DNA of 64,000 bases. Source: Euglena gracilis. Taxonomy: Eukaryota. The stretch lies in NCBI GenBank assembly GCA_039621445.1, contig CP154954.1, positions 5,619,919 through 5,683,918 of the forward strand, in the 5' to 3' direction. This document shows positions 47,085-58,030 of the stretch, piece by piece. The translations under genes and the position numbers were made by a program. Under the pieces are notes generated by a model. The model had not been told where the DNA came from. It did no database searches and was given only the letters and a program-made list of their open reading frames with translations. How positions within the stretch are numbered: the stretch's first letter is position 1; each line of letters starts with the position of its first letter.

Positions 47085-48010
47085 AATTTCAATTTTTCAA
47101 GTGCCTCTTTCCTCTCACCGTGCATAAAACAAAGGCTTCTGTCTGGTTGGCTTTTCCCCCTCCATCAATGGCACGGATGCATAGCCATATTGCCCGCTGT
47201 CGGGGGGGTCCGTAAATGGCGATGGCCGAAATGCCGTCCCCCTTTAATCTTGCAAAACTTGTCCCCTCAACTTGACTACCCGTTCATCCTCTTTTTGGTC
47301 CTCCCCCTCCCTGTCAATTGTCAGCCGGTTGATAGCTTGCACTGGGGGGTCACTTCCCTCCAAATCTGTGGCAACCTCCCTTTGGTCCTCATCACTCAAA
47401 AATGGCAGTTCCTGGCCAAACCCCTCCAATGGCAAACAACGACCAAGTTTTTTCAGCCCAAACGAAGACCCGTCCTCCGCAGTCGCATTGTCCACTGAAA
47501 AATTTCCCTGAATTTTTGCGAATTCCTCCGTCTTTCTTCACCGCGAAAAAAAGCAGGTCGGGGCTGTCTTTCACCAACGCCTTGTGGTGTGGAAAAACTC
47601 CCAGTTTTGCCTCCGCCAACCAAGGATAAGAAAGAATTGCATCAACTTTGATATTTGCCTCATAAAACTCAACTTCATACCCCACCGACTCACCGACCCT
47701 TTCCTCATTCAAGTTTTGTTGAAGGATCATTTTCACCTTAGCACATCTGCTCCCCCCCCCGCCAACGTTTGCCCATTGGCAGTTTAAAACCTTAACGGGT
47801 TCTTAGCATGATACATTGGGTGGTCCCCTATCGACCCTTGTCGAATGAGGTTTGCCTCAGCTCCTGTGTCAATCAAAATTCTGGCTGTTTTTTCCTCCCC
47901 ATTTGCCAACCCAATCTGCGTTTTCAACAGAAGTTGTCTGTCCTCCCCGAATTTCTTTGCTCCTCCCCGAGTTTTCGTCCCCCTCAACATTCTTGTTTTC
48001 AGCCGAACCA
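47085..48010 (-). pseudogene. Fragment of a Gypsy element related to family 2 (protease to start of RT)
   Basis: ILIDTGAEANLIRQG, DAILSYPWL, FMHGERKEALEK, collinear with 56900-56040. Many stops and frameshifts. Confidence 0.85.
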
Positions 48011-48417
48011 AATTTTTATTTGCCTCCCCAGGCAACAAAAAACTGCCCAATTTTGTAGCCAGATGGCCCCACTGGGAGGCCAGGGCAGTGGATGCCCTCC
48101 AATGTCCCCTGGGACTTTATGTCCACATGTCCACATGGGATGTCCACATGTCCACAATGGCCACATGGCCACATGGCCACATGTCCACATGGGGGGACTT
48201 TATGCAAACCCCCCTTGGTCAATCATTCAGAAATTTCTCCCACGCTTGAGAATGTTTCCCCAGACCAAAGTTTTATTGGTCACCCCCTTTTCGTATTCAG
48301 CCACATGGTGGCCCCAATTAATAAAGATGATAGTGCCAGGAACCCCCTGCCTGAAAATCACCCCCTACAAGGGCACGTTCACCAATTGCAGGGGGGAGAA
48401 AATGCCACACCCCAGGT

Positions 48418-50443
48418 TGAGAGCGGACAGCAAAAGATCCAGAATCTGTGATGGCAATCTTAAATTAGGCATGGCCAGAAAAGAGATTCCTACCAGTGAA
48501 ATTCTACTTTGTGTTTTTCACAGTGGTATGGCAAACAGTGCATCACTTTGCAGCAGTTGTATCTGGCAAGTTCTTGGATTGCTGTGTTGGGAAGTCTGGA
48601 AGGGATTTGGAAAAGTCAAGTTCAAAGTTCAAGTTTGACAGATTGCCAGCTGAGATTGGTGAAAAGGGCTCTCCCAGGTTGCTTGCCCTGGGGGCCATGG
48701 CACAGGTGGTGGGGAAAGCTGAGGTGTGTTTTCAGGCAAGTACCCCCCCTGAAGCCTACACAAAGTGATGTGAGATTTGCAATTGCCAGGCTGACAAAGG
48801 ATCCTGTGGAGACCATGGGAAAAGTAGACATTTCAGAAGGTGACAAGATTGATCATCATTGCACATTGTCATTGATGACATCTGAGACTACAATTACAGG
48901 AGATGGTGATGAGCCGTGAGGCACGTACAACAGAATCGAGCACCGGTGGAGCATCGAGATGAGCCGTGAGGCACGTACTGGAGAACGAGATGGTGGTCAT
49001 TTGGTGCCTTGGACAGCCAGATGTTGGCATTGCCATGGGTTGTGGGTTAACCGATAAAACCCTCTGCCGTGATGATTTGACATTGACGTGATGCCGTCTG
49101 CTGGTGCTGTTCTGTGGCAGTAAATGTCACGGTTTGATCGTTTTCTCCGTCTTCGTCTTCTGCGTGTCTGTCTCTCTTCGTGTTCTGCGCGGGGCTAAGT
49201 GGCTCGTCTGTCCGCTGTGCTGCGAATGCCTGGGCAATTGCGCCGCAATTGTTCAGGAAGGGGGGTGAGAGCGGACAGCAAAAGATCCAGAATCTGTGAT
49301 TGCAATCTTAGGCATGGCCAGAAAAGACATTCCTACCAGTGAAATTCCACTTTGTGTTTTTCACAGTGGTATGGCAAACAGTGCATCACTTTGCAGCAGT
49401 TGTATCTGGCAAGTTCTTGGATTGCTGTGTTGGGAAGTCTGGAAGGGATTTGGAAAAGTCAAGTTCAAAGTTCAAGTTTGACAGATTGCCAGCTGAGATT
49501 GGTGAAAAGGGCTCTCCCAGGTTGCTTGCCCTGGGGGCCATGGCACAGGTGCTGGGGAAAGCTGAGGTGTGTTTTCAGGCAAGTACCCCCCCTGAAGCCT
49601 ACACAAAGTGATGTGAGATTTGCAATTGCCAGGCTGACAAAGGATCCTGTGGAGACCATGGGAAAAGTAGACATTTCAGAAGGTGACAAGATTGATCATC
49701 ATTGCACATTGTCATTGATGACATCTGAGACTACAATTACAGGAGATGGTGATGAGCCGTGAGGCACGTACAACAGAATCGAGCACCGGTGGAGCATCGA
49801 GATGAGCCGTGAGGCACGTACCGGAGAACGAGATGGTGGTCATTTGGTGCCTTGGACAGCCAGATGTTGGCATTGCCATGGGTTACCGATAAAACCCTCT
49901 GCCGTGATGATTTGACATTGGCGTGATGCCGTCTGCTGGTGCTGTTCTGTGGTAGTAAATGTCACGGTTTGATCGTTTTCTCCGTCTTCGTCTTCTGCGT
50001 GTCTGTCTCTCTTCGTGTTCTGCGCGGGGCTAAGTGGCTCGTCTGTCCGCTGTGCTGCGAATGCCTGGGCAATTGCGCCGCAATTGTTCAGGAAGGGGGG
50101 TGAGAGCGGACAGCAAAAGATCCAGAATCTGTGATTGCAATCTTAAATTAGGCATGGCCAGAAAAGAGATTCCTACCAGTGAAATTCCACTTTGTGTTTT
50201 TCACAGTGGTATGGCAAACAGTGCATCACTTTGCAGCAGTTGTATCTGGCAAGTTCTTGGATTGCTGTGTTGGGAAGTCTGGAAGGGATTTGGAAAAGTC
50301 AAGTTCAAAGTTCAAGTTTGACAGATTGCCAGCTGAGATTGGTGAAAAGGGCTCTCCCAGGTTGCTTGCCCTGGGGGCCATGGCACAGGTGGTGGGGAAA
50401 GCTGAGGTATGTTTTCAGGCAAGTATCCCCCCTGAAGTTTACA
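48418..50443 (+). mobile_element. Non-autonomous tandem TRIM: LTR-int-LTR-int-LTR (LTRs 48418-48760, 49266-49603, 50101-50443)
   Basis: TG...CA ends, ~343-bp LTRs, PPT AGGAAGGGGGG before LTR2 and LTR3, 4-bp TSD AGGT. Excision restores the DIRS MTase frame. Confidence 0.9.
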
Positions 50444-50630
50444 AGGTGGCCCTCCTTTGCATGATTTGCTCAGGAAAATATTGGAGGGGAAACAAATGCA
50501 GAATAAATCCATTCACGATTTCCTGGGGAGAAACCCCAGTTTAAAGCGTTATCAAAGTTCCTTTGGATTATTATGGGGTATTTTGGACAAAATGGGGATA
50601 CCCCCCCCCCCTGAAGCCACAACTGACCAA

Positions 50631-51265
50631 TGTTCACACCCGGCGCCCCCCCCCTGCGAGTGTCGGAATCGAGACCCCAGCCCCCCAGCCGGCTGCCTCG
50701 TCCCCTACACCCACCCTTGGGGCTGCCGTTGCCAGTGTTTTTCCGGGTGGTGGAGGGCTCAGGCCACCCCCCGTTTCGCCCACTGGTGTACCCCCCGACC
50801 AGAGGGGTGTGCGTAGGATCGAATTTGCTTTTCCCCTGAAAACTTTCACAAAGTCAAAATTGCGTTCCTTCAAAAATGTAGTGCCAAATTTCAGTCCCCA
50901 CGTAGCCATTTCACCCACCCTTTCTTAAGTATGCAAAAACACTGGAAATGGTCAGGGTGGGTGTTTTGGTGCAATGGATGGTGGTAAAAGGCAACAGAAA
51001 CGCGCACACACCGTGAAAGTGGGAAGAGGGACCTGAAATTGACAATTCTTGCAAACAATGTACCTTCTCTTGATTTCGATTCTCCAATTCGATTGTTGAT
51101 TGATGCCAATGTCAAAAACACCCACAAAGGTCTGCGGAAGCAAATTGTGTTAAATTTGAACCCCAAATTAGGCTTTTCCTATTGAATGCGCGGAATGAAA
51201 AATTCCGTGTTTTCAAAGCTTCCGCCTTACCATTTTTGACTGTCGGACGCCCCCGACAGTCGACA
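50631..51265 (-). repeat. 3' LTR of Gypsy family 2
   Basis: Direct repeat of 62008-62662, with adjacent CCCCCTCCCTT (minus-strand PPT). Confidence 0.95.
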
Positions 51266-52814
51266 CCCCCTCCCTTGCGACATTAGTCGGACCCTCGAAA
51301 AAAAAAAGAAAATTGAACAAAAAAAGCGAAGAAATCCAGAAAATCATTATGAAACTCGAACGAAAATGAGAATCCTTCACTGATGTTTTGAGAAAGGGAA
51401 TGATGAATCGCCTATGCCCCTCGCTTGTGTTACCTTGCCACAAAAACAAGGTACACGGCACCACTTAGCGGCTCCACAGAAATGTTCGGTAAACGTCCCC
51501 CCCAAAAATGTCCAAAAAATCCATGCCCCCCCCCCCCCCACAGGTTGGGGGCCTAAAAAAAAAATGACAAGAGAGAAAATTGCCACGAACTCTGTGAAAT
51601 TCATTCAAAATTAAACGAAAACTTGGCTAGCGCCCCCCCCCCCCATCGAAAACCCATCGTGGGGAGAGTTCTGACTTTGTGCCCCCGGAGGGATAATTTT
51701 GGAGGGAAAATTTGCCCCCCCCCCCGAACGTTCGGCTTGACCGCTTTGGGGAGAGTTCGGACAGCACCCCCCCCCCCGGGCGCTTGTGTCTTCCTTTCTC
51801 ATGGCATACAAAAAAACCTGGGTTCTTGGATTGGAAGGCATTCTCTTGCACAACTCACTCCTCGCGGACATCTGAAATGTTCTCAATCCTTCATAAATGA
51901 AATATGATACACCACGCGAAGACCTTGTGTATAGTTATTTTTTTGAATTTCACCGGAATACATCAACTGAAAAATAATGGGACATGGGAATGGGAATGGG
52001 CGCCCCCCCCCCAACCGAAACACGTTTGGAGGGAGCTCACCCAAAAATCGGAGAAAATTCAGCCCCCCCCCCCCCGCATCCACGGAGAAGGTGAGGCTTC
52101 TTCCCCTTTGCAACATTCACCAATGACTCGGAATCCGTGCACATCATCAAAACTCCATACACTTCGAGCCGCTCTCCTACAGGGGCTATGGCTCAACATT
52201 GAAAAAAAAATACAAATCCTTCGGTCCTCCTTTCCATTCACGGTATGGGAAGGTGAGGTGAGGTTGGGGTGAGGAATATAGGCAGCGGGGCTCGGGGCTC
52301 GGGTAGCGTGTGATGGGGTCGTTCATAAAGAGGAAAGCCCCAACGGGGCTGGGCTATGGACAAATTGGGTCGTGGTGTATTCGGTTGGTTGGGTAAAATC
52401 TCCTCGTCTCCTCGCTCCTTGCCTCGTCTCCTCGCTCCTTGCTTCGTCTCCTCGCTCCTTGCTCCTTGCTGTGGTGTGCGCTCGCAATTTTCCCTTGGGG
52501 CTCCCTTGGGCGTGCTTGGGGCCTCCAAGTCCTCAAAACCTGTGAGAGCAAAGCGAAAGAAAAGAGCAAGCACAAAATATGCAGGGAAAGAGAGAGAGAA
52601 AGAGAGATAATTCATCATATGCCCGAGAAATCAAAACATATGAGAATCGTGGATTCAATAACAAAACATGTGATGCACAAGCAATGCATATGTAGCACAC
52701 AAATAACTCGCCGAAACAGCACTTCGCCCGATTCAAAACAAGAGCCTCAAACATTTGGGCTCCCCCATCCAAAAAAAAAGGAAAATGAACCGAGCCTTCA
52801 ACTTTCGGCTCACT

Positions 52815-54290
52815 AGGGTTTCAAAGATTTTTTTCAATTCCGACATCAAATCGACCCCTAGATTTTTCTTCGAGCAACACCTTACCAACTCCTCACTAAA
52901 CCGGTGTATAAAATTCCTCTCCAAGTTTCCTCCCCATCATTATACCCAACCCATTTTGTGAGGAACTCCCAGGTTCCCCCCCTCTGGCGATGATTCAGAA
53001 TTTTTTTCTACACTCATCAGGCATTGCTTCTTCCTCTTTTTCGGTTCTTTTCGGTTCTTTTGAAAAAGAACAAAGGAACCCCCTCACCAAAAACTTCAGG
53101 CTCTTTGTCCTCCTTAAGGAAACTACGGTGAGTCTTAATTTCCATCCCGGGCTTAATTTCAATGACGTAACTCCTCTCCCCCTCCCCGGCTTTGATAATC
53201 CCAGGTCCAATCCATCTGGAATCCAATTTTTCGCCGGATCCTTCGGGTCTCCTATACGACACTTGGGTTCCTAATTTTAAGGGCACCAACTCCCTCCTCC
53301 CTTGGTTGACCCAACTCGCTTGAACCCAATGTTTGTGGTTGAGAACTTTTGCAACTTTCTCATCCATCTCCCTCATTCGGCGAACAAAACTTTGAGCGTC
53401 CTCACACTCCTTTGTTGGTTCATAGGGTATCCCCCCAATGGGTCCCCTTCCGAACAAAAATTCGTAAGGACTAAAACCACTCTCCCCCTTGGTGTCATGA
53501 ATACGATCCAAAAGTTGGGGAAGAGCTTCCACCCAATTCTATTTTTCCTCCACAAACAACTTTCGGAGGACTTCCAAAATTTGTTGACCGGCTCTTTCCA
53601 CCCTCCCATTCGCTTGGTGGTGGTAAGCTTGGGAAAATGCCTGTCTAATCCCCATGAGTGAACCCATGAGTGCAACCATGTGTTGACAAAATGGCTCCCT
53701 TGGTCACTTGAAATTATTGAGGGTACTCCAAAAGGTTTCCATTGGGGCTTAAGCATTTCCTTGGAAAACTTTGCACCCGTTAATCCCTTATCAAAACATG
53801 GTATGGCTACAATCCAACCGGAATGTCGGTCCACACAAACAGCCATTGTGTTGTATTCCCCCCCCTCGTACAACACCTTTGGCATTTTGAAAAGATCAAT
53901 TGCCACACTTACCATGGGTTCGGGTGGTATGGTTGTTGAATCAATGGGTCCTTTCAATGTCTCCCACCGCGAGCTTGCTTGACACGTTGTGCAATTTTTG
54001 CTACAACTGTCGGTGAAAACTTTTGCCTTCTTTTCATCGGCCCATGCATACCTCAAATTGACGTGTCTCCACACCTTTTCCCCACCTACATGTCCAAGGA
54101 ACTTGTGGTTTTCAAGGATGATCATTTCTTGAAAACCCAATGGAACGCACAACTCCTCTTCCACAAACATTTGGTTTTTGTGCACTTTCACCCCCTTTGG
54201 CCACTCACCATTTTCTTGCGTTGCTTGCCAAATTTCCCTCCAAGTGGGGCATTCGGTATACGAACCACCCAATCTCTCTCCCAAACTGAT
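52815..54290 (-). pseudogene. Integrase + chromodomain (family 2), frameshifted
   Basis: HKFLGHVG...CTTCQ, VAIDLF, VPSIISSDQGSHF, SRWIGPG. Chromodomain KILNHR..WEFLTKWVGYNDGEETW at ~52920-53010. Confidence 0.9.
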
Positions 54291-54616
54291 TTTGTTAGCT
54301 TAGGGGTTGCGCTTGGAGTTGGCACGGCCGCAACTTCTCCCGTTCCCCCGTTCGGTAACTCATCAGTCGGAAGTTTTTTGCTGGTCACCAAATTTTCCGC
54401 AGGGTCCACTCCATCCCAAAAGGTAACTCTCCTCTTACCCTTTTTCGAACCAAAACTCCTAGGCCCTTGTGAGTGAGTGTCTTCGGTGGTGTTTGTTCCT
54501 CTCGGACTTTCGACACTCTCGGGACCCCTCCCTGATGCATCATCCACAAAATTAGGTGCCACCTCTTTTCCACTGCACGTTACCGCCCCCCTTATCCACA
54601 AGTTACGAGCGTTAGT

Positions 54617-56426
54617 CTAAATTTTGACTTTGACCAACAAGCAATTTTTCTCATCTTCCCTCTCCTCTCTTATGAGCTCCTCCATTTCCCTCTTATCTTC
54701 GGCCGAACCATGTTTACTAATGTCCCTTAGAGCTTGCGAAGCAGGGTATGCCCACCGACTTAAAATGTCGGCAATGGTGTTTTCCTTCCCCGGAATATAC
54801 CCCACTGTCAAATCGTATTTTGAAAAAATTTGGTGCCATCGTGCCCTCCTCCCCACCGGTCCACTTGGGGTGTCGAGCCTCCAAACTTTGGTGATCGGTC
54901 AACACCAAAATGGGTTGGAGACCAATCCAACTTTCCCATTTTTGGAGTGCCAAAATTATGGCATATGTCTCCAATTCCCGGGGGGGGGGTCCATTTTCTT
55001 TGCCCCTCGGTGAGTTTTCGGGACATAAAAGCAACAGGCACCGTTTTCTTGTCCAAAATATCCTGGGGTGTGGGCGTACCGTTTCCTTCTTTGAGTTGTT
55101 TTAAAGTTGCTCCTACGGCATACCCACTCGCATCAACTCTCAAAGCAAAGGGTTTATCGGGGTCTACCCTTTGAAGAATTAATTCGGGAACACAACCGTT
55201 TCTTTAACTCCTCAAATGCTTCGCGTTCAACCTCCCCGAATTCAACCCATTTTTTTGCTCCCTTTCTTGCCTTCCTCCCTAGACACCTTCAACTTATCTT
55301 GCAAAGGTGCCGCAACTTGGGCATACATGTGTATGTAGGTGTTGTAATAATTTGTGAAGCCGAGGAAAGCCCTTAAGGCCGTTATGGTGGTTGGAACCTC
55401 CCATTTTTCAATGGCACGTAATTTGCCGGGGGCCGGCCGACGCATGCCATGCCCCAAAATCTGGCCACACAATTCCACTTCTTTGATGAATAATTCCGCT
55501 TTTTTTGGGTCCACTACAAAAATTTCCTCGGCGAGTAAATCCAACACCCTACACAAATCCCTTTTGTGTGCCTCGAGGAGATCCTCCTCCTCCACGAAGG
55601 TGGTCCCTACCAAAATGTCATCAATGTATGGGGTAGCAATATCCCTTACGGGTGCTAAACGGTCATCCATCATTTGTTGAAATTGTTGTGAGGCATTGGT
55701 TAACCCCATTACATTTACCCTCCATTGGTAAAGACTCTTTGGTGTGAAGGAGGAAGTTATAGGCCTACTATCCGGGTGAAGCGGCTGTTGGTGAAAGGCT
55801 TGTTTTAAATCCAAAATGGAGAACATTTGGTTTGCGCCATGCTTCACCAGGATGTCTTCGATTTTCGGAAGAGGGTAGTTGCATCTACGGGATTGACTGT
55901 TGGGTCCCCTCATGTCAAAAACCCCCCTCCGAGGAAAATCGGCTGACTTTTTGGGCTCGGGGAAAGTTTGTTGGAGCCATTCTGATTTTTTTGTTGTGGC
56001 TGGCTCGATGAATTGGACATCGATCCAATCTTGAGTGATTTTTTCCAAAGCTTCTTTTCGTTCCCCGAGCATGAAAAATGGTTTTTGTCGGGTGGACCGC
56101 GCTCCTTCTTGCAAAGGTGTGAATACATAACCATATGGTCCTCTTACGGGTGGGTCGGGTTGTACCTTATACCGAAATACGGTTCCACCATACCTTCCAA
56201 AAATGTCCTCTCTTAGCTCCCTTATTCTCTCTTCCTCTTTAGATTCCGTTTCATTATTCCCCTCCCCCTCCCGTGCAATAATCATTTTGCGAATTGGTAG
56301 GGGGTTTTCATTTGCAATCTCCAAATTCTTTCCCAAAATTTTGAGCGAGTGTTCGTCCAAGGCTTGTCCCCTTTGATCAAAACCCTCCATAGGAAGTTGG
56401 AAACCAAACTTTTCCAAATTTGTCAC
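54617..56426 (-). pseudogene. Reverse transcriptase + RNase H (family 2), frameshifted
   Basis: LDLKQAFHQ, VMGLTNAS, YIDDILV; VDASGYAVGA, AFMSRKL, ELETYAII, LTDHQSL, ADILSR. Confidence 0.95.
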
Positions 56427-56504
56427 CCCCCCCCCTTTGGGTTAGTGTGTTAGGGACTTTTCCTTGTCGTTTTCTCCCATGATCTCTCACACCGAACAAA
56501 AATG

Positions 56505-56900
56505 TCAACTTGGGTTCCTCCACTGCCAAAGCACGATGATGTTGAAAAATTCCAATTTTTGTTTGCACAAGCCATGGGTATGACAAAATTGCGTCCAATT
56601 TGATATTGACATCATAAATTCCACATCGTACTCAAAATCTGTGGGTGGGGTATTATCGTTCACATCCCCTTGCAATTTCATGATCACCTTAGTGCACCTC
56701 CACCCACCACTCAAGGCTTGACCGTCAGCGGTTTCAAACCTCAAGGGGTGTTCGGCCGAATACTCACCAACCCTTGCCTTATGAGGTTAACCTCCGCACC
56801 GGTGTCTACCAAAACGTCCATGTTTTGTTCTTCCCCGTTTCCCAAAACAACCCTTGTCCGAATCAAAAGTTGTTGGTCCTTGTAAAATTTCTCAATACCT
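56505..56900 (-). pseudogene. Aspartic protease (family 2)
   Basis: DVLVDTGAEVNLIRQG ... DAILSYPWL. Confidence 0.9.
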
Positions 56901-56989
56901 GTGGTTGGGTATCTCTTTTTAACCATCCCTGATTTCAAATGTACCACCTTTGGTGAATTGGGGTTGCTAGTGTTGGCGGGGGGCTTATT

Positions 56990-57395
56990 ACCCTCTATCC
57001 ACAAGGCCCAAACTCCCCACCTCACACCCCCCATTGGTTTCCCATCGACCTCAAAAAGCTTGGTTCCGGGTGGAAAGTACAACTTTTTTGTTGCCTTCCG
57101 AACAAGTTCTCTCACCCAACCTCTGTTCCAATCGGGTAAAATGCAAATGGCATCACAAGGGTCTTTTGCTATTTCTTTGCCACCTTTGGCCACAATGACC
57201 AGGGAGGGTTCAACCAAACCGTGCCTCCCCCTCCCCATGGTACCGCCAAAGCATTTTCCTTCTCGGTCAAATATGACGTGCACTGATAATTTTGGGTAGA
57301 AGGAAAACAATCCAGCTCGGCCCTCCTTTGAAAATTCTCCTCAATCATTTGCACAAATGAATTTCGAACGGCATAGTCCTCACGTTTGAAAGAAA
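56990..57395 (-). pseudogene. N6-adenine DNA methyltransferase-like domain (family 2), frameshifted
   Basis: EDYAVR..ELDCF..ENALAVPW..VWLNPPWSLWPKVAKK | IAKDPCDAICILPDW..WV..L; the second half is in frame with the protease. Confidence 0.85.
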
Positions 57396-57419
57396 ATTTC
57401 TCCTCCTTAAAATCAAGGG

Positions 57420-58030
57420 TCGAAAGAAGGTACTCGGTACCAACTTCTCAGGTACTCTCCATTTTTGTTAAGTGCTCACCCTCATTCCATTTCCTCCCAA
57501 TTGTTCTTTGTGAACCAACCCACCCCCCTCAGTCACAGTCAAATGGGGGCAGGTTTTCCCATCACAAAGTTTGTCCTTCAAACTCAACAAATTTTGACTC
57601 CCCCAAATACGAGTGGGTTTCTGACATCACCAGTCGGAAAATTGACAATAATCCACGTCAATGAAATTCAAATTTTGCACACAATGCCTTTTTGGCAAAA
57701 GTCCCGTTCGGGGATTTTCAATCCACCATAATTTGGGCTGAAAATACTCCACAATTTCCAAAGTTTTTGTCACAAGTTGGTCTGCCCATTCCAAATTTCT
57801 TTCTCCCACCGTCTTAGCACGGCTATACTCCGTGCAAGGCACACTTGCCGTTATGACTTGAAAATATCCATGGGGGTATTTTTGATAATTCCACTCCAGA
57901 ATATCCGTGACGTGGGTTGGGTGAAATTTTGGGTTCACATCCAAGGATACCACCTGGTACCCGTTTTCCTCCAAACACCTCCCAACAGACCCTTTTCCCG
58001 AAAACAAATCCAACGCCTTGGGAACTTTCC
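57420..58030 (-). pseudogene. C5-cytosine DNA methyltransferase domain (family 2), with a stop and frameshift near the C-terminus
   Basis: Motif I ALDLFSGKGS, II VVSLD, III TDIL, IV ASVPCTEYS (catalytic PC), VI WIENP, then VDYCQF..*CQKPTRIW (motif VIII-like) and KWRVPEKL. Confidence 0.9.

Noticed and set aside
56990-58030. Bacterial restriction-modification operon or contamination
   Set aside because: No endonuclease is present. The domains are collinear with gag and protease inside matched LTRs and a TSD, and are decayed like the rest of the element.
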